This document shows positions 1 through 13,499 of a stretch of DNA of 64,000 bases, one piece after another (the stretch's first letter is position 1; the number at the start of each line of letters is the position of its first letter). Below the pieces are notes generated by a model, which searched no databases, was not told the DNA's origin, and was given only the letters and a program-made list of their open reading frames with translations. This DNA is from Mizuhopecten yessoensis (Eukaryota): contig NW_018403776.1 in NCBI RefSeq assembly GCF_002113885.1, forward strand, positions 170,810 to 234,809, read 5' to 3'. Made by a program: the position numbers and the translations under genes.

Positions 1-2050
1 CATAACTAACACCGTTTGGGCGATAGTGTTAGGTACCGCATGGTGAGCCTTTTACGGTCATCACTGGCAGTGTTAGGGCGATAATGCCTACCACATGGTG
101 GACATTCTTCTGTCATAACTAACACCGTTTGGGCGATAGTGTTAGGTACCGCATGGTGAGCCTTTTACGGTCATCACTGACAGTGGTAGGGCGATAATGC
201 CTACCACATCGTGGACATTCTTCGGTCATAACTAGCACCGTTTGGGCGATAGTGTTAGGTACCGCATGGTGAGCCTTTTACGGTCATCACTGACCGTGTT
301 AGGGCGATAATGCCTACCACATGGTGGACATTCTTCGGCCATAACTAACACCGTTTGGGCGATAGTGTAAGGTACCGCATGGTGAGTCTTTTACAATCAT
401 CACTGGCAGTGTTAGGGCGATAATGCCTACCACATGGTGGACATTCTTCGGCCATAACTAACACCGTTTGGGCGATAGTGTTAGTTACCGCATGGTGAGC
501 CTTTTACGGTTATCACTGGCAGTGTTGAGACGATAATGCCTACCACATGGTGGACATTCTTCTGTCATAACTAACACCGTTTGGGCGATAGTGCTAGGTA
601 CCGCATGGTGAGTCTTTTACGGTCATCACTGGCAGTGTTAGGGCGATAATGCCTACCGCATGGTGGACATTTTTCGACCATAACTAACACCGTTTGGGCG
701 ATAGTGTTAGGTACCGCATGGTGAGCCTTTTACGGTTATCACTGGCAGTGTTGAGACGATAATGCCTACCACATGGTGGACATTCTTCTGTCATAACTAA
801 CACCGTTTGGGCGATAGTGTTAGGAACCGCATGGTGAGCCTTTTACGGTCATCTCTGACAGTGGTAGGGCGATAATGCCTACCACATGGTGGACATTCTT
901 CGGTCATAACTAGCACCGTTTGGGCGATAGTGTTATGTACCGCATGGTGAGTCTTTTACGGTCATCACTGACAGTGTTAGGGCGATAATGCCTACCACAT
1001 GGTGGGAATTCTTCTCTCAAAACTAACACCGTTTTGGCGATAGTGTTAGGTACCGCATGGTGAGCCTTTAACGGTCATCACTGACCGTGTTAGGGCGATA
1101 ATGCCTACCACATCGTGGACATTCTTCTGTCATAACTAACACCGTTTGGGCGATAGTGTTAGGTACCGCATGGTGAGCCTTTTACGGTCATCACTGGCAG
1201 TGTTAGGGCGATAATGACTACCACATGGTGGACATTCTTCTGTCATAACTAACACCGTTTGGGCGATAGTGTTAGGTACCGCATGATGAGCCTTTTACGG
1301 TCATCACTGGCAGTGTTAGGGCGATAATGCCTACCACATGGTGGACATTCTTCTGTCATAACTAAAACCGTTTGGGCGATAGAGTTAGGTACCGCATGGT
1401 GAGCCTTTTACGGTCATCACTGACAGTGTTAGGGCGGTAATGCCTACCACATGGTGGACATTCTTCGGTCATAACTAACACCGTTTGGGCGATAGAGTTA
1501 GGTACCGCATGGTGAGCCTTTTACGGTCATCACTGGCAGTGTTAGGGCGGTAATGCCTACCACATGGTGGACATTCTTCGGTCATAACTAACACCGTTTG
1601 GGCGATAGTGTTAGGTACCGCATGATGAGCCTTTTACGGTCATCACTGGCAGTGTTAGGGCGATAATGCCTACCACATGGTGGACATTCTTCTGTCATAA
1701 CTAAAACCGTTTGGGCGATAGAGTTAGGTACCGCATGGTGAGCCTTTTACGGTCATCACTGACAGTGTTAGGGCGGTAATGCCTACCACATGGTGGACAT
1801 TCTTCGGTCATAACTAACACCGTTTGGGCGATAGAGTTAGGTACCGCATGGTGAGCCTTTTACGGTCATCACTGGCAGTGTTAGGGCGATAGTGCGTACC
1901 GCATGGTAAGACTTGGCGAATGTGAGTACAGCATGGTGGACCCCCGTGCCATCAATTACGGTATTAAGGTTATAATGAGTACCACATGGTGGTCCTTCTC
2001 CGGTCACCAGTGACAGTGTTAGGGCTATACTGAATATCACACTGTGGGTC
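1..2050. repeat. Satellite array, 113-bp unit (58+55 bp related subunits), ~17 copies, open at the window's left edge and decaying to the right
   Basis: CATAACT recurs at 1, 114, 227 and onward. Both halves share CAT.ACT..CA..GTT.GGGCGATA.TG...TACC.CATGGTG. Copies diverge after ~1900. Confidence 0.97.
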
Positions 2051-3822
2051 CTGTCACCACTGCTACCTCGCGTCTGTCAAACGTGTGAATGGACATATAT
2101 ATATGTATATATATATAACCATAAAACAAATACGATACATGTCACGCGGGGATAAACTAAACACGGGATGCCTACCACACCAACACCATTTGTTTGATAA
2201 GCCTATTTGATATTAAGTCTTCAACCCACACTCTATAGCATGCATTGAACTTTTTTAATCAAAATATGAATGTCACAGACCCAATAGGTGTACAAGTAAT
2301 GAATATTGCATTGACTTGAGTACGAATTGTCTGAAATAAACACTCGGTGTTAAGGCGAGGACGTTACAACATACAAATGGAATTCTGCTCATCAAACAGA
2401 TAAAATGGGGAAACCAAAATGGACATCAAAATGACGATACACAGTAGATGGAACTGTTGGTATGAACCATCAAAATGTCATTACTAGGTAGTGGGATTCC
2501 AGACAAGACATTAAAGTGACGTTAGCAAGATTTTTGAAGATACAGCATCCCAATGCACAATGAGGTGACATAAAAAACATACACCCACTCCTTTACCATA
2601 GGTCCTCTGCTTCTCCACAGCCAGGTGGTGCGCTCTAATATCGGCGTTAGTGATATGGAGAGACAGAACGTGGGGTCAACAACATGTCACCAATAATATT
2701 AGAATTTTTATGATAAAATTTTAAACCTCAAAAATAGAAGATAATAGCCTGTTATACGGGTCCACGGGGGGCCGTGCAATACGTGTTGTTAGAAAGGAAT
2801 CAATTATGATATCGTTTTATAAAGGGAAAACATGTATGACAGATTCATTGGTGTTTGTATATTTTTGTGTATCTGGTATCTTAAAGATAACAATAGACAA
2901 TGTCAGATAAACGATCATAATGTTTATCTGCGCGGAAAAGATAAATGCAAGCAGAAAAAAATATGTTTAAGCCCTCAGCGTGAATCAATAATCACCTAAA
3001 TAAAGTTGGACAGCCTTGATGACTTACACCTGATCTCAGCATTATAACACAATTATATATGGTTCGTGGTAGTTGTTGTAAACAAGATGAATCAAAAAAG
3101 CTGACTGTTCAAAATGTCAGTATGATGGATGGTTAGCAATCTCCATCCAAACTGCAGTGCTGTCAGCTGTCTTAGGAATACGCATTTGTGGAAGGGAAAT
3201 TGAAGAAGGCATGACTTAGAAGACATATATAGACTACCCCGCAATTTATCACAACCCGAAATCACTGACAGTATACCAAAGATACGGACCTTGTCTCAGC
3301 AACCATTATACCACAAGATATCATTGGAAAGTCTGCGTTTAAATCTGTCCCGGTCACATTGAAAAGACATTGATCATGAAAAACCTTGAAATGTCCTGAA
3401 GCTTTCTAAATTTTGTAAATCAATACAGTAGTCTACGATCTAACAAAGTCGGAGAAGATGCAATTGGAGAGAAGAGCAGGTTAGTGAAATGCTTAATCTG
3501 TATTGACAAAACTAGTTATCGAACAATGCGGCACTAAATTTACAAACATCTAAATATACCTTATATTTAAAGCGAAAACAAATGCACAGATACCATTGTA
3601 TGTGGAATTTATTATGCACAGATTATATACATTTCGATTTACAGTGAAAAACGTAATCCTCCAAGGCACGGTAACTAGACTTCTATTGCCAAATTCATCC
3701 AGGTACGGTACGTACCTATAGTTCTATAAAAGTATTATTAACGTCCACAATATGAATACTCCAACGGGGAAAGGATAGTTTATACCGTGCAATGTTTAAG
3801 ATATGTAGAATGATTTGTCGGG

Positions 3823-5355
3823 TTAGGAAATGACCTTGACATGGTGTAGCTTACTGGCCTCTCTCTGAAGCTCCTCCTTACTCTCTAGCATCTTAACGGT
3901 CACTTGAGGCATCCTAAGTACTTCTTGACTGTATCTGGAAGGAGCACTCCTTTGGGTCAATACAGATTTATAGGATTTAGGTGATCTTGGCGTGACAACA
4001 TTGTCCCATGTATGAGACGCGATGTCATTGCTATATTCATGAACACACTCGACGTCGTGCCACGAGCTTTCCCGATTGAACCTGACGTTGACGGCAGTAA
4101 CCCCGCGTGATTCGTTAAGTGAAGGGCTGTTTGGGGGACACGGGGTAGGTTCTCGCTGAATGTTATTGAGGATGTTACACTGACGACACACACTGGCAGT
4201 AGGTACTACAATAGGCTTTATACGACCCTTACTTGGCGACGTTTGACGGTTGTCCGCGCCCGTCGACCCTCGAAATGACTGTGATGACGTAAGCCGCCGC
4301 GAACCCGACATTTGCGATGCACGATTAGCACTTTTATGCTGTCTGATATTCTGCCGGAGTCGTTTGATATCCTCATAGCTCGGCCACGTCACCTCACTGT
4401 CCGCCGGAGTTTCGCGATCCTGGTACTCGGATGTTAGTTTATACTTGTGAGAGTTGGCGCTGTCTGACACTTTCCGGATACGACGGATAGTTTGGTCGAT
4501 GCAACTTCCTTGTCGAGGAGATAGGAGTGTGTCGGTATCTAGCTCAGAGTAGGTGGTATCGTCAAAAGAAGTCAGTTCTAACGAATCCATTCGGATGTCC
4601 ATTCTGTCTGTGTCCGTACTTCCGGTAACACTGCCCAAAAGAGCAGCTTCCGCTCTCGTACCACATGCACTATTTTGTCTAGAAGAATGGGGAATTTTCA
4701 CTGGCTTAGAAATTATGAGTCTGCGTGGAGTAACTTCCACATCCTCTGACTCCTTTCCCGGAGGAACAAACTGGTAATTTGTTATGCTAGCCGCTTGCTG
4801 ATGCTGAGAGCTTGACTTCCGCTTCTTGCTATTATCCATGATTTCCTTGAGCGATCTTCTGGCTGCGTTAACAGTTACATCGTCGTCCCAACCAGTGTAC
4901 TTCTCAAGGTTAATCCGAAACATTGGCAGACATATCACACGTTTGTTGGACAGATTAGCAGATTTTGATTTCATCTCCCTCGTTGGACTCCTGGCTTTAG
5001 CAAGTCTGTATCTGTTTTCAAAAACTTGGCGTTTAGACCTCTGAAAGGTATTAGGACTATCCTTTCTGGGAGTGGAGTTGGCCATGACTTCTGAAAGCCC
5101 TGTAGATGAGTTACCAGACCAGGTCCGTGGCAGAACTCCCAAATCTGTATCAACAAACTTCAGATCGTCATTCTCCGGTTCATGGAAACAGCCAAAGCTG
5201 AAGAGGGGTGTCTGGTTCTTGGTCCTCACGCATCCGAGCGGTCGCGACACTCGGACGGGTTTGTCTGGCGTCCCGTGGACGGCTCCGTACTTAGATGTGC
5301 TTGGCAAACACACTGATTTAGCCACTATCGATATCTTTAACTGATCAATAGGCAT
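3823..5355 (-). CDS. Uncharacterised Ser/Arg-rich, probably largely disordered 510-aa protein; single coding exon
   Basis: 1533-bp ORF that is visibly GC-richer than its flanks. ATG context is GGAGCC-ATG. A minus-strand AATAAA lies at 3608-3613, ~210 bp after the stop. No domain recognised. Confidence 0.75.
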   Translation of the reverse strand: MPIDQLKISIVAKSVCLPSTSKYGAVHGTPDKPVRVSRPLGCVRTKNQTPLFSFGCFHEPENDDLKFVDTDLGVLPRTWSGNSSTGLSEVMANSTPRKDSPNTFQRSKRQVFENRYRLAKARSPTREMKSKSANLSNKRVICLPMFRINLEKYTGWDDDVTVNAARRSLKEIMDNSKKRKSSSQHQQAASITNYQFVPPGKESEDVEVTPRRLIISKPVKIPHSSRQNSACGTRAEAALLGSVTGSTDTDRMDIRMDSLELTSFDDTTYSELDTDTLLSPRQGSCIDQTIRRIRKVSDSANSHKYKLTSEYQDRETPADSEVTWPSYEDIKRLRQNIRQHKSANRASQMSGSRRLTSSQSFRGSTGADNRQTSPSKGRIKPIVVPTASVCRQCNILNNIQREPTPCPPNSPSLNESRGVTAVNVRFNRESSWHDVECVHEYSNDIASHTWDNVVTPRSPKSYKSVLTQRSAPSRYSQEVLRMPQVTVKMLESKEELQREASKLHHVKVIS

Positions 5356-8300
5356 GGCTCCCCTGTAGGTGTATCTCGTCAGGTGTGTGGTCGTTACAGG
5401 GGCGCCTATGTCAATACCGCCCCATCATCGCGCTACAATATTGTCCCTTCCAAAGTATATATATACACCCGTCCAAATTAAACTCTCACACTCGGACGGG
5501 TGCAATAAATAAATTCCACCCAGTTGTTGACAATACCTCAGCCCATGTTGTTCTCGGTGTTGTTTTTCCATTCGTTCATTAATTCAATCTCGATTGTGGT
5601 GAAAATTGTATTGTGGTTGTTGACATCCACTTCTGAGAACACTATTTAACAATATTCATTACGTTACCTATCGAGAGTTGGTGTATGTGAGACCTGGTTT
5701 TGAACAAACAATACTAGAGCAGATTTATTTTCTGTGTAGCACCGTAATCAATCGTTTAATTCTATAAAGAAATTATGCCATGTATCAATACGCCATTTCT
5801 AACAATCAAGTGATTTGGATATACCTGCTTAATTCCCTGGGGTCCATGGCTGAGACATATCAGCGTTAAAGCCTTACTTGTGGTATTGCTACCTGTAAGT
5901 TGATTTTATTTTTAAAAGCTATCCTAACGTTACTTACTTTGAGTAATCTTTTTCATGTAAGGCTGCCCTCTCTGTCGAGCCGACAACGAGATGGTTTATT
6001 ATTCTAATCCATATTAATACATACACGACACGGTAATCCGGATGTGGTAAAAATACCATAAAATACGTACACATAAGTCATACCCCAGACCATCGAACAC
6101 TACTAATTGTCCAACTGTAATGTCAGGATAAAACATTAGCAAAACTAAATCAGTCCAGGAACCTTAAACAAAAGCGGTTCAAACAAAAAGCAAATAACTT
6201 TTTACAATGAGTGTTTAAGTCAAATACGACTTAGTAAATTATATAAAGCTGACGGGAACCGTCCATACATTTGGGAAGGCCTTATCTACCGAATAGGAAT
6301 GTCTTCATCACGTAATAAAAACGTAGAATGTGACAAATAGATCGTGGATTATATAAACGTCTTTTTTAAACAAGAAAAGGCCGATTAACCCTGACGCCAG
6401 ATAGACACAGGAAGTCACTATGCAGCACTTCGCCACTAATCTTAATGGAGCCATGTTCCCGATAAAGTAGCTATTAATTCAACACCGAGAAAATACCCGA
6501 AAACAAAACAAAATACGACATTTTCCTAAATTTTATTATGTGAAACCTTGAGTGGGTTGACAAGACAGGCTTTTAAGATAAAATAAAGACTGAAGTCGTG
6601 TTAGCATAAGCTGGTTTCCGTACTTGGATACAGAGTCTGACGGCGCCGGTACACACTGTTCAGAGATCAATAGCACGAGAGGTCTGGCGCCAGGAGAGTC
6701 AGAGTATGCGCAATCACGCACCTGCACGTGTGACTTTCGGAGCCTCTCTCGAATGGAGTGCGGAACTCTTGCATTTTTGTCGAAACTAAGTTAATTATGA
6801 TTTTCTTTTTTCTATTTCTTTAAATTCGGTTCGTCAATCAAAAGAAACGTTCAGTCACACGCAGAGGAAAAAATACTGTAGACGTCGTTCACACAAATTT
6901 TGTCATTGGAACAATATAAAATTGACCGTCAAGAAATCAAATTATATTTTGTAAAAGAAAATCTCTATAAAAAAACATCGATAGAATGCGTATCAATACT
7001 TAAAGTGAACGTGTGAAGATTTACTGTATAACAGCAACAAGTGTGATGCAAACACAGCACGTCCATCAGTTGAGTTGGACACGTAGTTTGACTTGTAAAT
7101 ATTTCAATACAATGAGGCGTCAAATTGTTGCTAGTCGACGGTAGGTCTAAAGTACACGCCACACTATGCAGGTACACTTCCGTTCGAAGGTGACGTCACT
7201 GATGTATAAGAAGTATCAGCCATCTCTCTCATTTTCAAATATATCTTATACGTATTTGCAAGTTATTTAAACAATAAAATACTAATGTATTCATGTTTAA
7301 TAGACGCGTAAATAACCATTTTTAAAAATGATTTGGGGATTGGTTAAATGTATTAGGCTAGTTCTGGTGAAATGAAAAGTTCTGAAAAGATATCAAGGAA
7401 GCGGTTCTTGCGACAGCAGGCAAAACGTGCATAGCTGTTAATACCGGTCAATGCTTTAGTTGAAGCATGTTTATTGCTTAAAAATGAAATAAGGAATGAT
7501 GACACACAAGTTATCATTACTTATTAACGTCCTAAATATTGACGTGACAACAATGAAAACACACAATAATGAAAAAAATGATTTTTATTATGACATTTAA
7601 ACAACAAGCATGATTCTGAGTGTATGTCGTAACCATTAAGATGTACAGTATAAAGCGTGTGTTACTGAAAAACAGTGATTACAAAGCGAACAACGGCCTT
7701 AAATGACCTTGGCTGTCAGTAGGGCTTGAAGCTAAACAAAACCAAAACCAACATATAGGTATTGATAAAAAGTTGACCTGCAACGAGATAGTGACAGACA
7801 TTATCATCTATATACTACTTTATACCACCTACCGGTAACATGATATATTCATTATCATTGGTTGCAGTTTGAGAAGAAGTTGAGAACGACCTGAGAACAA
7901 CTTGAGATCAACTTGAGAACGGATTTCCCCACTCCCTAGCACTTGGGAACGTATTTTCTTACAAAAAGAACGTCTGCTCGCGCCAGATGACGTTCAAAAC
8001 CGGAAATAGTGTCCACACAAAAGTGATCCGCTTAAGAAAATAGTCCGTCATAAACAAATCAATACAAAGTAACGGAAAAATATTGAGAGAATAACCATTT
8101 CATGGGTAAATTTGCATATGGAAAAGACAACGACGATAGGATTGTTTTAACAATATATTTTCTACGTAGTTTTAAGGTTCATTGTATTCCTCCGCGCAAA
8201 ACTTTTATTTGTTTACGTTTGTCACAGGCGATCGTTGACCATTGAGCTTAGAAGTCATATCGAAAACATGGTGTTTAGTTAAGATTTTTTTGTGGAGAAA

Positions 8301-9017
8301 TATAAGGTAGTAGTATATAAATGATGAATAGTTTATCATACAGTATTTTCAGTGTTTGTCGTTCGAACAATTTTCTCATCGCGAGCACGTGGATAAAATC
8401 GAGAGGCCACCGCGAATACAGTGTGATAATCAATCATTCTCACACTGGTATTATGGTTACAATATGACTCTCAACAAAACAACATCTGAAGCGTTTTTAT
8501 ATTTAGGGAAAGATATGTAATGGCTAAGTTTGAATTGTACGCAAAATATTTGGAATTTATACGTTTGAGGTTAAATTGTTTGTTCATTTGACTTTAAAAC
8601 CATTGCATTCATTCTCAAATGGGTAATTCCTTACTTCGTACATGTCTTTCTGGCGACTTTTTAACGATGGACCGTAGCTATGAAGCTGAAATTTATTCTG
8701 ACTTGGTTTACATCAAACACTCGTTGAAATACTTTATTTACAGTTGTTGAAAGTTTACTTGTAACGTTATATCGGGTTTTATAGGCATTATCCGCATTTT
8801 GCTATGTATTTTACATGCATTTCGGAACGCGTTGGACATGGACTTTAATTATTTTGACCTTCTGTACTACTTATGAGTCTTGAATGTATGACATGACTAT
8901 CGCTAGATATAGCCATGTCCTACATTTACATAATTTTTGGTTCTCTGAATCGACTTACCATCAACCAAACCATCCTTTTATGCACAAACATCCCGTAATT
9001 GACAAGCATATTGATGA

Positions 9018-9220
9018 TTTTGTTTGTTTGTTTGTTTTTTACGTCCTATTAACAGCTATGGTCATTGAAGGACGTGTCAGGTTTTGATGGTGGAGGAAAG
9101 CCGGAGTTCCCGGGGAAAAACACCGCCCAACGTACTGGCGACTGCCCCACGTAGGTCTCGAACCCGCGACCCAGTGGTGGAGGGCTAGTGGTAGCAGAAT
9201 GTCAGACGCCTTAACCACTT
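9018..9220 (-). mobile_element. tRNA-derived SINE with V-type central domain and (AAAC)n tail
   Basis: Minus strand reads AGTGGTTAAGGCG (A box)...GGGTTCGAGACC (B box)...TTTTTCCCCGGGAACTCCGGCTTTCCTCCACC (V-SINE-like core)...AAACAAACAAAC tail. Confidence 0.8.
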
Positions 9221-10302
9221 ACGCATAATGATGAATTAAACGTTTTGTAAATTATAGAAGATCATTTAAATTCGCTAAAGACTTCGGAATACATATATTT
9301 TTCTCACAACTAAAAAACTTGCTTACTTTCAAACATGTGTGCGGTTATAACCTTGTCACGTTATACCATCTGGATCTACATCACTGTCTCGCACCAGCTC
9401 TTAAGCAGTGGTAGACTGGAACAGGAAACAGATAGGACAGACGGAGACCAATTATCAAAATAAACTGCTAAAGATCTTTTTTTCATTTTGTGTTATAAAC
9501 GCCGTTTATACAGAAAAGTTTTACATTTCAACATAAGAGAATTAAAAAGGAAACTGTATAGATTGATAACTTTCTAACTGTTTTTTCAGTCTCTAGTACA
9601 CTGTAAAAAAAACAAGAATATGTGTCAATAAATCAATAATTTGTACTCAAAATCTATAAAACAAAGGATAAATATTGGCAAAGGAAAAGATTTACACGAA
9701 GACCATTGAAAAAATACAAGGATAACAAAACCATGTGTTCCGAAAGGCTAAGCGTCTTTTGTGTCATCGATGACACCCACACTGTAAATCTTAGTCTTAT
9801 AAAGTAAAATTACATAGCCTGAATGTAATGTATTGTAATCATACTGCCACTTAGTCTTGGTGTTTTGTGTTATTTCAGCTCGATGATAGTAAACATTAAA
9901 ATCTCACCGGTTCTGTGTTGGTGGACATGGCTGATGTGGGGAAACGTTGAACCCGGCATACAAAGCTAGTTTGTGTGGTAAAAATATGTTCATACTGTAG
10001 CAAACCAAATACTTCAACTACTAAATGTGATACTCCACAATGTCTGTGGTTTACTATACTTATGGTAACTGGGACTCGCTACATATTACACAATCATACT
10101 CGTTTTAGTCTTTAAGTTTGCGTTATTTGCCGTTTCACTTGTTATTTCATTATTTCTATTAACTTTATTTCGTATTCTGCTTGGTGTTAATTTGTATTTT
10201 CTCTTCGTGTTATTTCGTTTGTTCTTTTTTTTTCCTAATTTCACACTTTGTTATTTCATGTGGCTATTTCCCTCGGCGTCATTCCGTTATGTCGTCGTTT
10301 TG

Positions 10303-10478
10303 ATTGGCATTATTTCACCATTTTGTTGGGCATTATTTCACCATTTTGTTGGGCATTATTTCACCATTTTGTTGGGCATTATTTCACCATTTTGTTGGGC
10401 ATTATTTCACCATTTTGTTGGGCATTATTTCACCATTTTGTTGGGCATTATTTCACCATTTTGTTGGGCATTATTTCA
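10303..10478. repeat. Minisatellite, 23-bp unit GGGCATTATTTCACCATTTTGTT, ~7.5 copies
   Basis: Near-perfect direct repeats. They explain the three overlapping repetitive ORFs at 10192-10598. Confidence 0.97.
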
Positions 10479-11534
10479 GGCCGCCGTTGTAATAGGAGAA
10501 ACATAATCACCAGATCAACCTTCGTTCACGTTTTGGAACAAACAATCAAGATTTACAGTCTTTCATGTCTAATGTCGCCAACGTCCTTGTCCGCGTAACT
10601 TATTACTTTAATTTAAGTGTTTTCTCCTTGTTAGCTTTTTACAGAGTAATATCAAATAATTTATTACTTTTAATAAAGAGGGGTTGTTCGTGAAAAGTGA
10701 CTGTCCTAGCAGAGTTCGTGTGTCGGGGAGGGGATACGACAGTGGTCATATTTATTCAGTAGGTATTATAAAAGGTATGCCAGGTAGAATTTAGTATGAC
10801 AAAGCTCGGCTAAAGTAGTTAAACAATAAATCGGTTTACATTATACACATTATACAGTAACTTCAGATACCCGGCCCACATGTTAAGTTATCGGGTCGCT
10901 GTATAAAGCTTTGCCTTGTTTGCCTGTCATGTAATTAACTGTCGTAATTGAAATATAATACGCGGTAAATTAAATCAACAAATATTGGTTTTATCTCATT
11001 GTGATTTGGGGAAAGGATTATTGTTGTAGCGGCAGGCGATCAGGGATAAATCGATACTCACCTATAGACAGGTGTGCTGCCTAGGTATTACATATATACT
11101 CACGTGCAATAAAGGTGTGATCGACGTAACAATGGATTACCAGTGTTCATTTCATCTAGCGGTAGCAGCCATTACCGATTGATTTAGGTCTGGTAACCAA
11201 TACCCAGTAAAACAATCCAAGGGAGATAATACCACAGCTAGTTATAAATGAAATACCTAAAATACTAGGCACTCTGAAAACATCTTAGCGATGTCAGTTG
11301 AAGTTAGTTTGGTGGGTCTTCACATAGAACCACACTCATTTATAAAACATTTATCTATTAAGAAAGGGACAAATCCTCCAATAAGATGATAGTGTCAAAG
11401 TCTAAAACGTACACAAATCCCTATATAATAAGTTGTGCCACCCACAAAGACAGTTTAGGCTAAATGTATTAATGTTAATCAATTTGAAAACATTGTGTAC
11501 AAATGTAAATGCACATAAATTCACAGTAAACTTT

Positions 11535-12757
11535 CTAGAGATGTAAATGTACCTTGGATAATTGTTCAACGTTCTATCTGATTATGTAAATATACATTGG
11601 ATAATTGTTCAGCATTCTATCTGATAATGCAAATGTACATTGGATGAGAGTTCAACGTTCCATCTTTAGATGTAAATGTGCATTGGATAAGTGTTCAACG
11701 TTCCATCTGTAGATGTAAATGTACATAGGATAAGTGTTCAACGTTCTATCTGTATATGTAAATGTACATTGGATAAGTGTTCAACCTTCTATCTGTATAT
11801 GTAAATGTACATTGGATAAGTGTTCAACGTTCCATCTGTAGATGTAAATGTACATTTGATAAGTTTTCAACGTTCTATCGGTAGATGTAAATGTACATTG
11901 GATAAGTGTTCAACGTTCTATCTGATTATGTAAATGTACATTGGATAAGTGTTCAACGTTACATCTGTAGATGTTAATGTACATAGGATAAGTGTTCAAC
12001 GTTCTATCCGTAGATGTAAATGTACCTTGGATAAGTGTTCAACGTTCCATCTGATTATGTAAATGTACCTTGGATAAGTTTTCAACGTTCCATCTGATTA
12101 TGCAAATGTTCATTGGATAAGTGTTCATTGTTCTATCTGTAGATTTAAATGTACATTGGATAAATGTTCAACGTTCTATCTGTAGTTGTTAATGTACATT
12201 GGATAATTGTTCAGCATTCTATCTGTAGATGCAAATGTACATTGGATAAGTGTTTAACGTTCCATCTGTAGATGTAATTGTACATTGGATAAGTGTTAAA
12301 CGTTCTATTTGATTATGCAAATGTACATTGGATAAGTGTTAAATGTTCTATCTGATTATGCAAATGTACATTGGATAAATGTTCAACGTTCTATCTGTAG
12401 AAGTAAATGTACATTGGATAAGTGTTCAACGTTCTATCTGTAGATGTAAATGTACATTGGATAAGTGTTCAACGTTCTATCTGTAGATGTAAATGTACAT
12501 TGGATAAGTGTTCAACGTTACATCTGTAGATGTAAATGTACACTGGAAAAGTGTTCAACGATCTATCTAATGTTGCAAATGTACATTGGATAAATGTTCA
12601 ACGTTCTATCTGTAGATGTAAATGTACATTGGATAAGTGTTCAACGTTCTATCTGTAGATGTAAATGTACATTGGATAAGTGTTCAACATTACATCTGTA
12701 GATGTAAATGTACATTGGATAAGTGTTCAACGTTCTATCTAATGTTGTAAATGTACA
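11535..12757. repeat. Minisatellite, 43-bp unit GATGTAAATGTACATTGGATAAGTGTTCAACGTTCTATCTGTA, ~28 copies
   Basis: Period 43 (e.g. AGTGTTCAAC at 12421 and 12464). Moderate divergence between copies. Confidence 0.97.
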
Positions 12758-13499
12758 AGATATACATGTTGATCTCCCTGTCTAGTAATGTCAATGGACA
12801 TAAACGCATGCTTACCTTCTTGTCCAGTACGTACTATTGTACATAAATACACATTTACCTGTCTGTTTACAACATGTAAATATACAGTACATATGTGATA
12901 TAAACAGACATATCTATATTGACTTACCCCTGTTGAAGTTTTAACAATATCTGTTTCATGGAGATGCTCGTCTAATTTGTTTAGATTCCGATACTGTCAG
13001 TGGAATCCTTCTAACCTAACTGATTCACATAAATATTCAGTGTTCATTTCTTAATTATTTTTATTTATATTAATGGAGTATAAGTTTTTATACGTAGTCA
13101 AACAATGAAATGGTAAAGAAGAAAATAAGTTCTGCGTAAATAGTGAATGAAAATGACGATACTGATGGCAAATGGCGTAAGATCAAAGCTACAACTATCA
13201 GATGGTACGGATTCCATGGATCAGAGCGAATACGGGGCCTACTTTGTCTGAAAAAAACACATTCAAACGATAATTAGGTCTGTGTATCAGTGAGTACAGC
13301 AGCAGTACGAGAACTTCATCAAAGGGTTCATACACGCAAGCACCTTGAAGTAGACATTGAGTATAAAAGAAAACATCAAAATCACCGGAAGGTTTGCGGG
13401 CGTCTAGTCCCGCCAAGATAAAATTAAGTCGTGGATTTCAACATCAGAAATTGAAAAGGCGCTGTGGCTAGAACACGTTATTACTCAACACAGTAAATG

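Noticed and set aside
6700-8460. Probable non-autonomous DNA transposon fragments
   Set aside because: No TIR/TSD boundaries or second copy could be established by eye.
10192-10598. Three hydrophobic repetitive ORFs
   Set aside because: They are translations of the stop-free 23-bp minisatellite in all frames.
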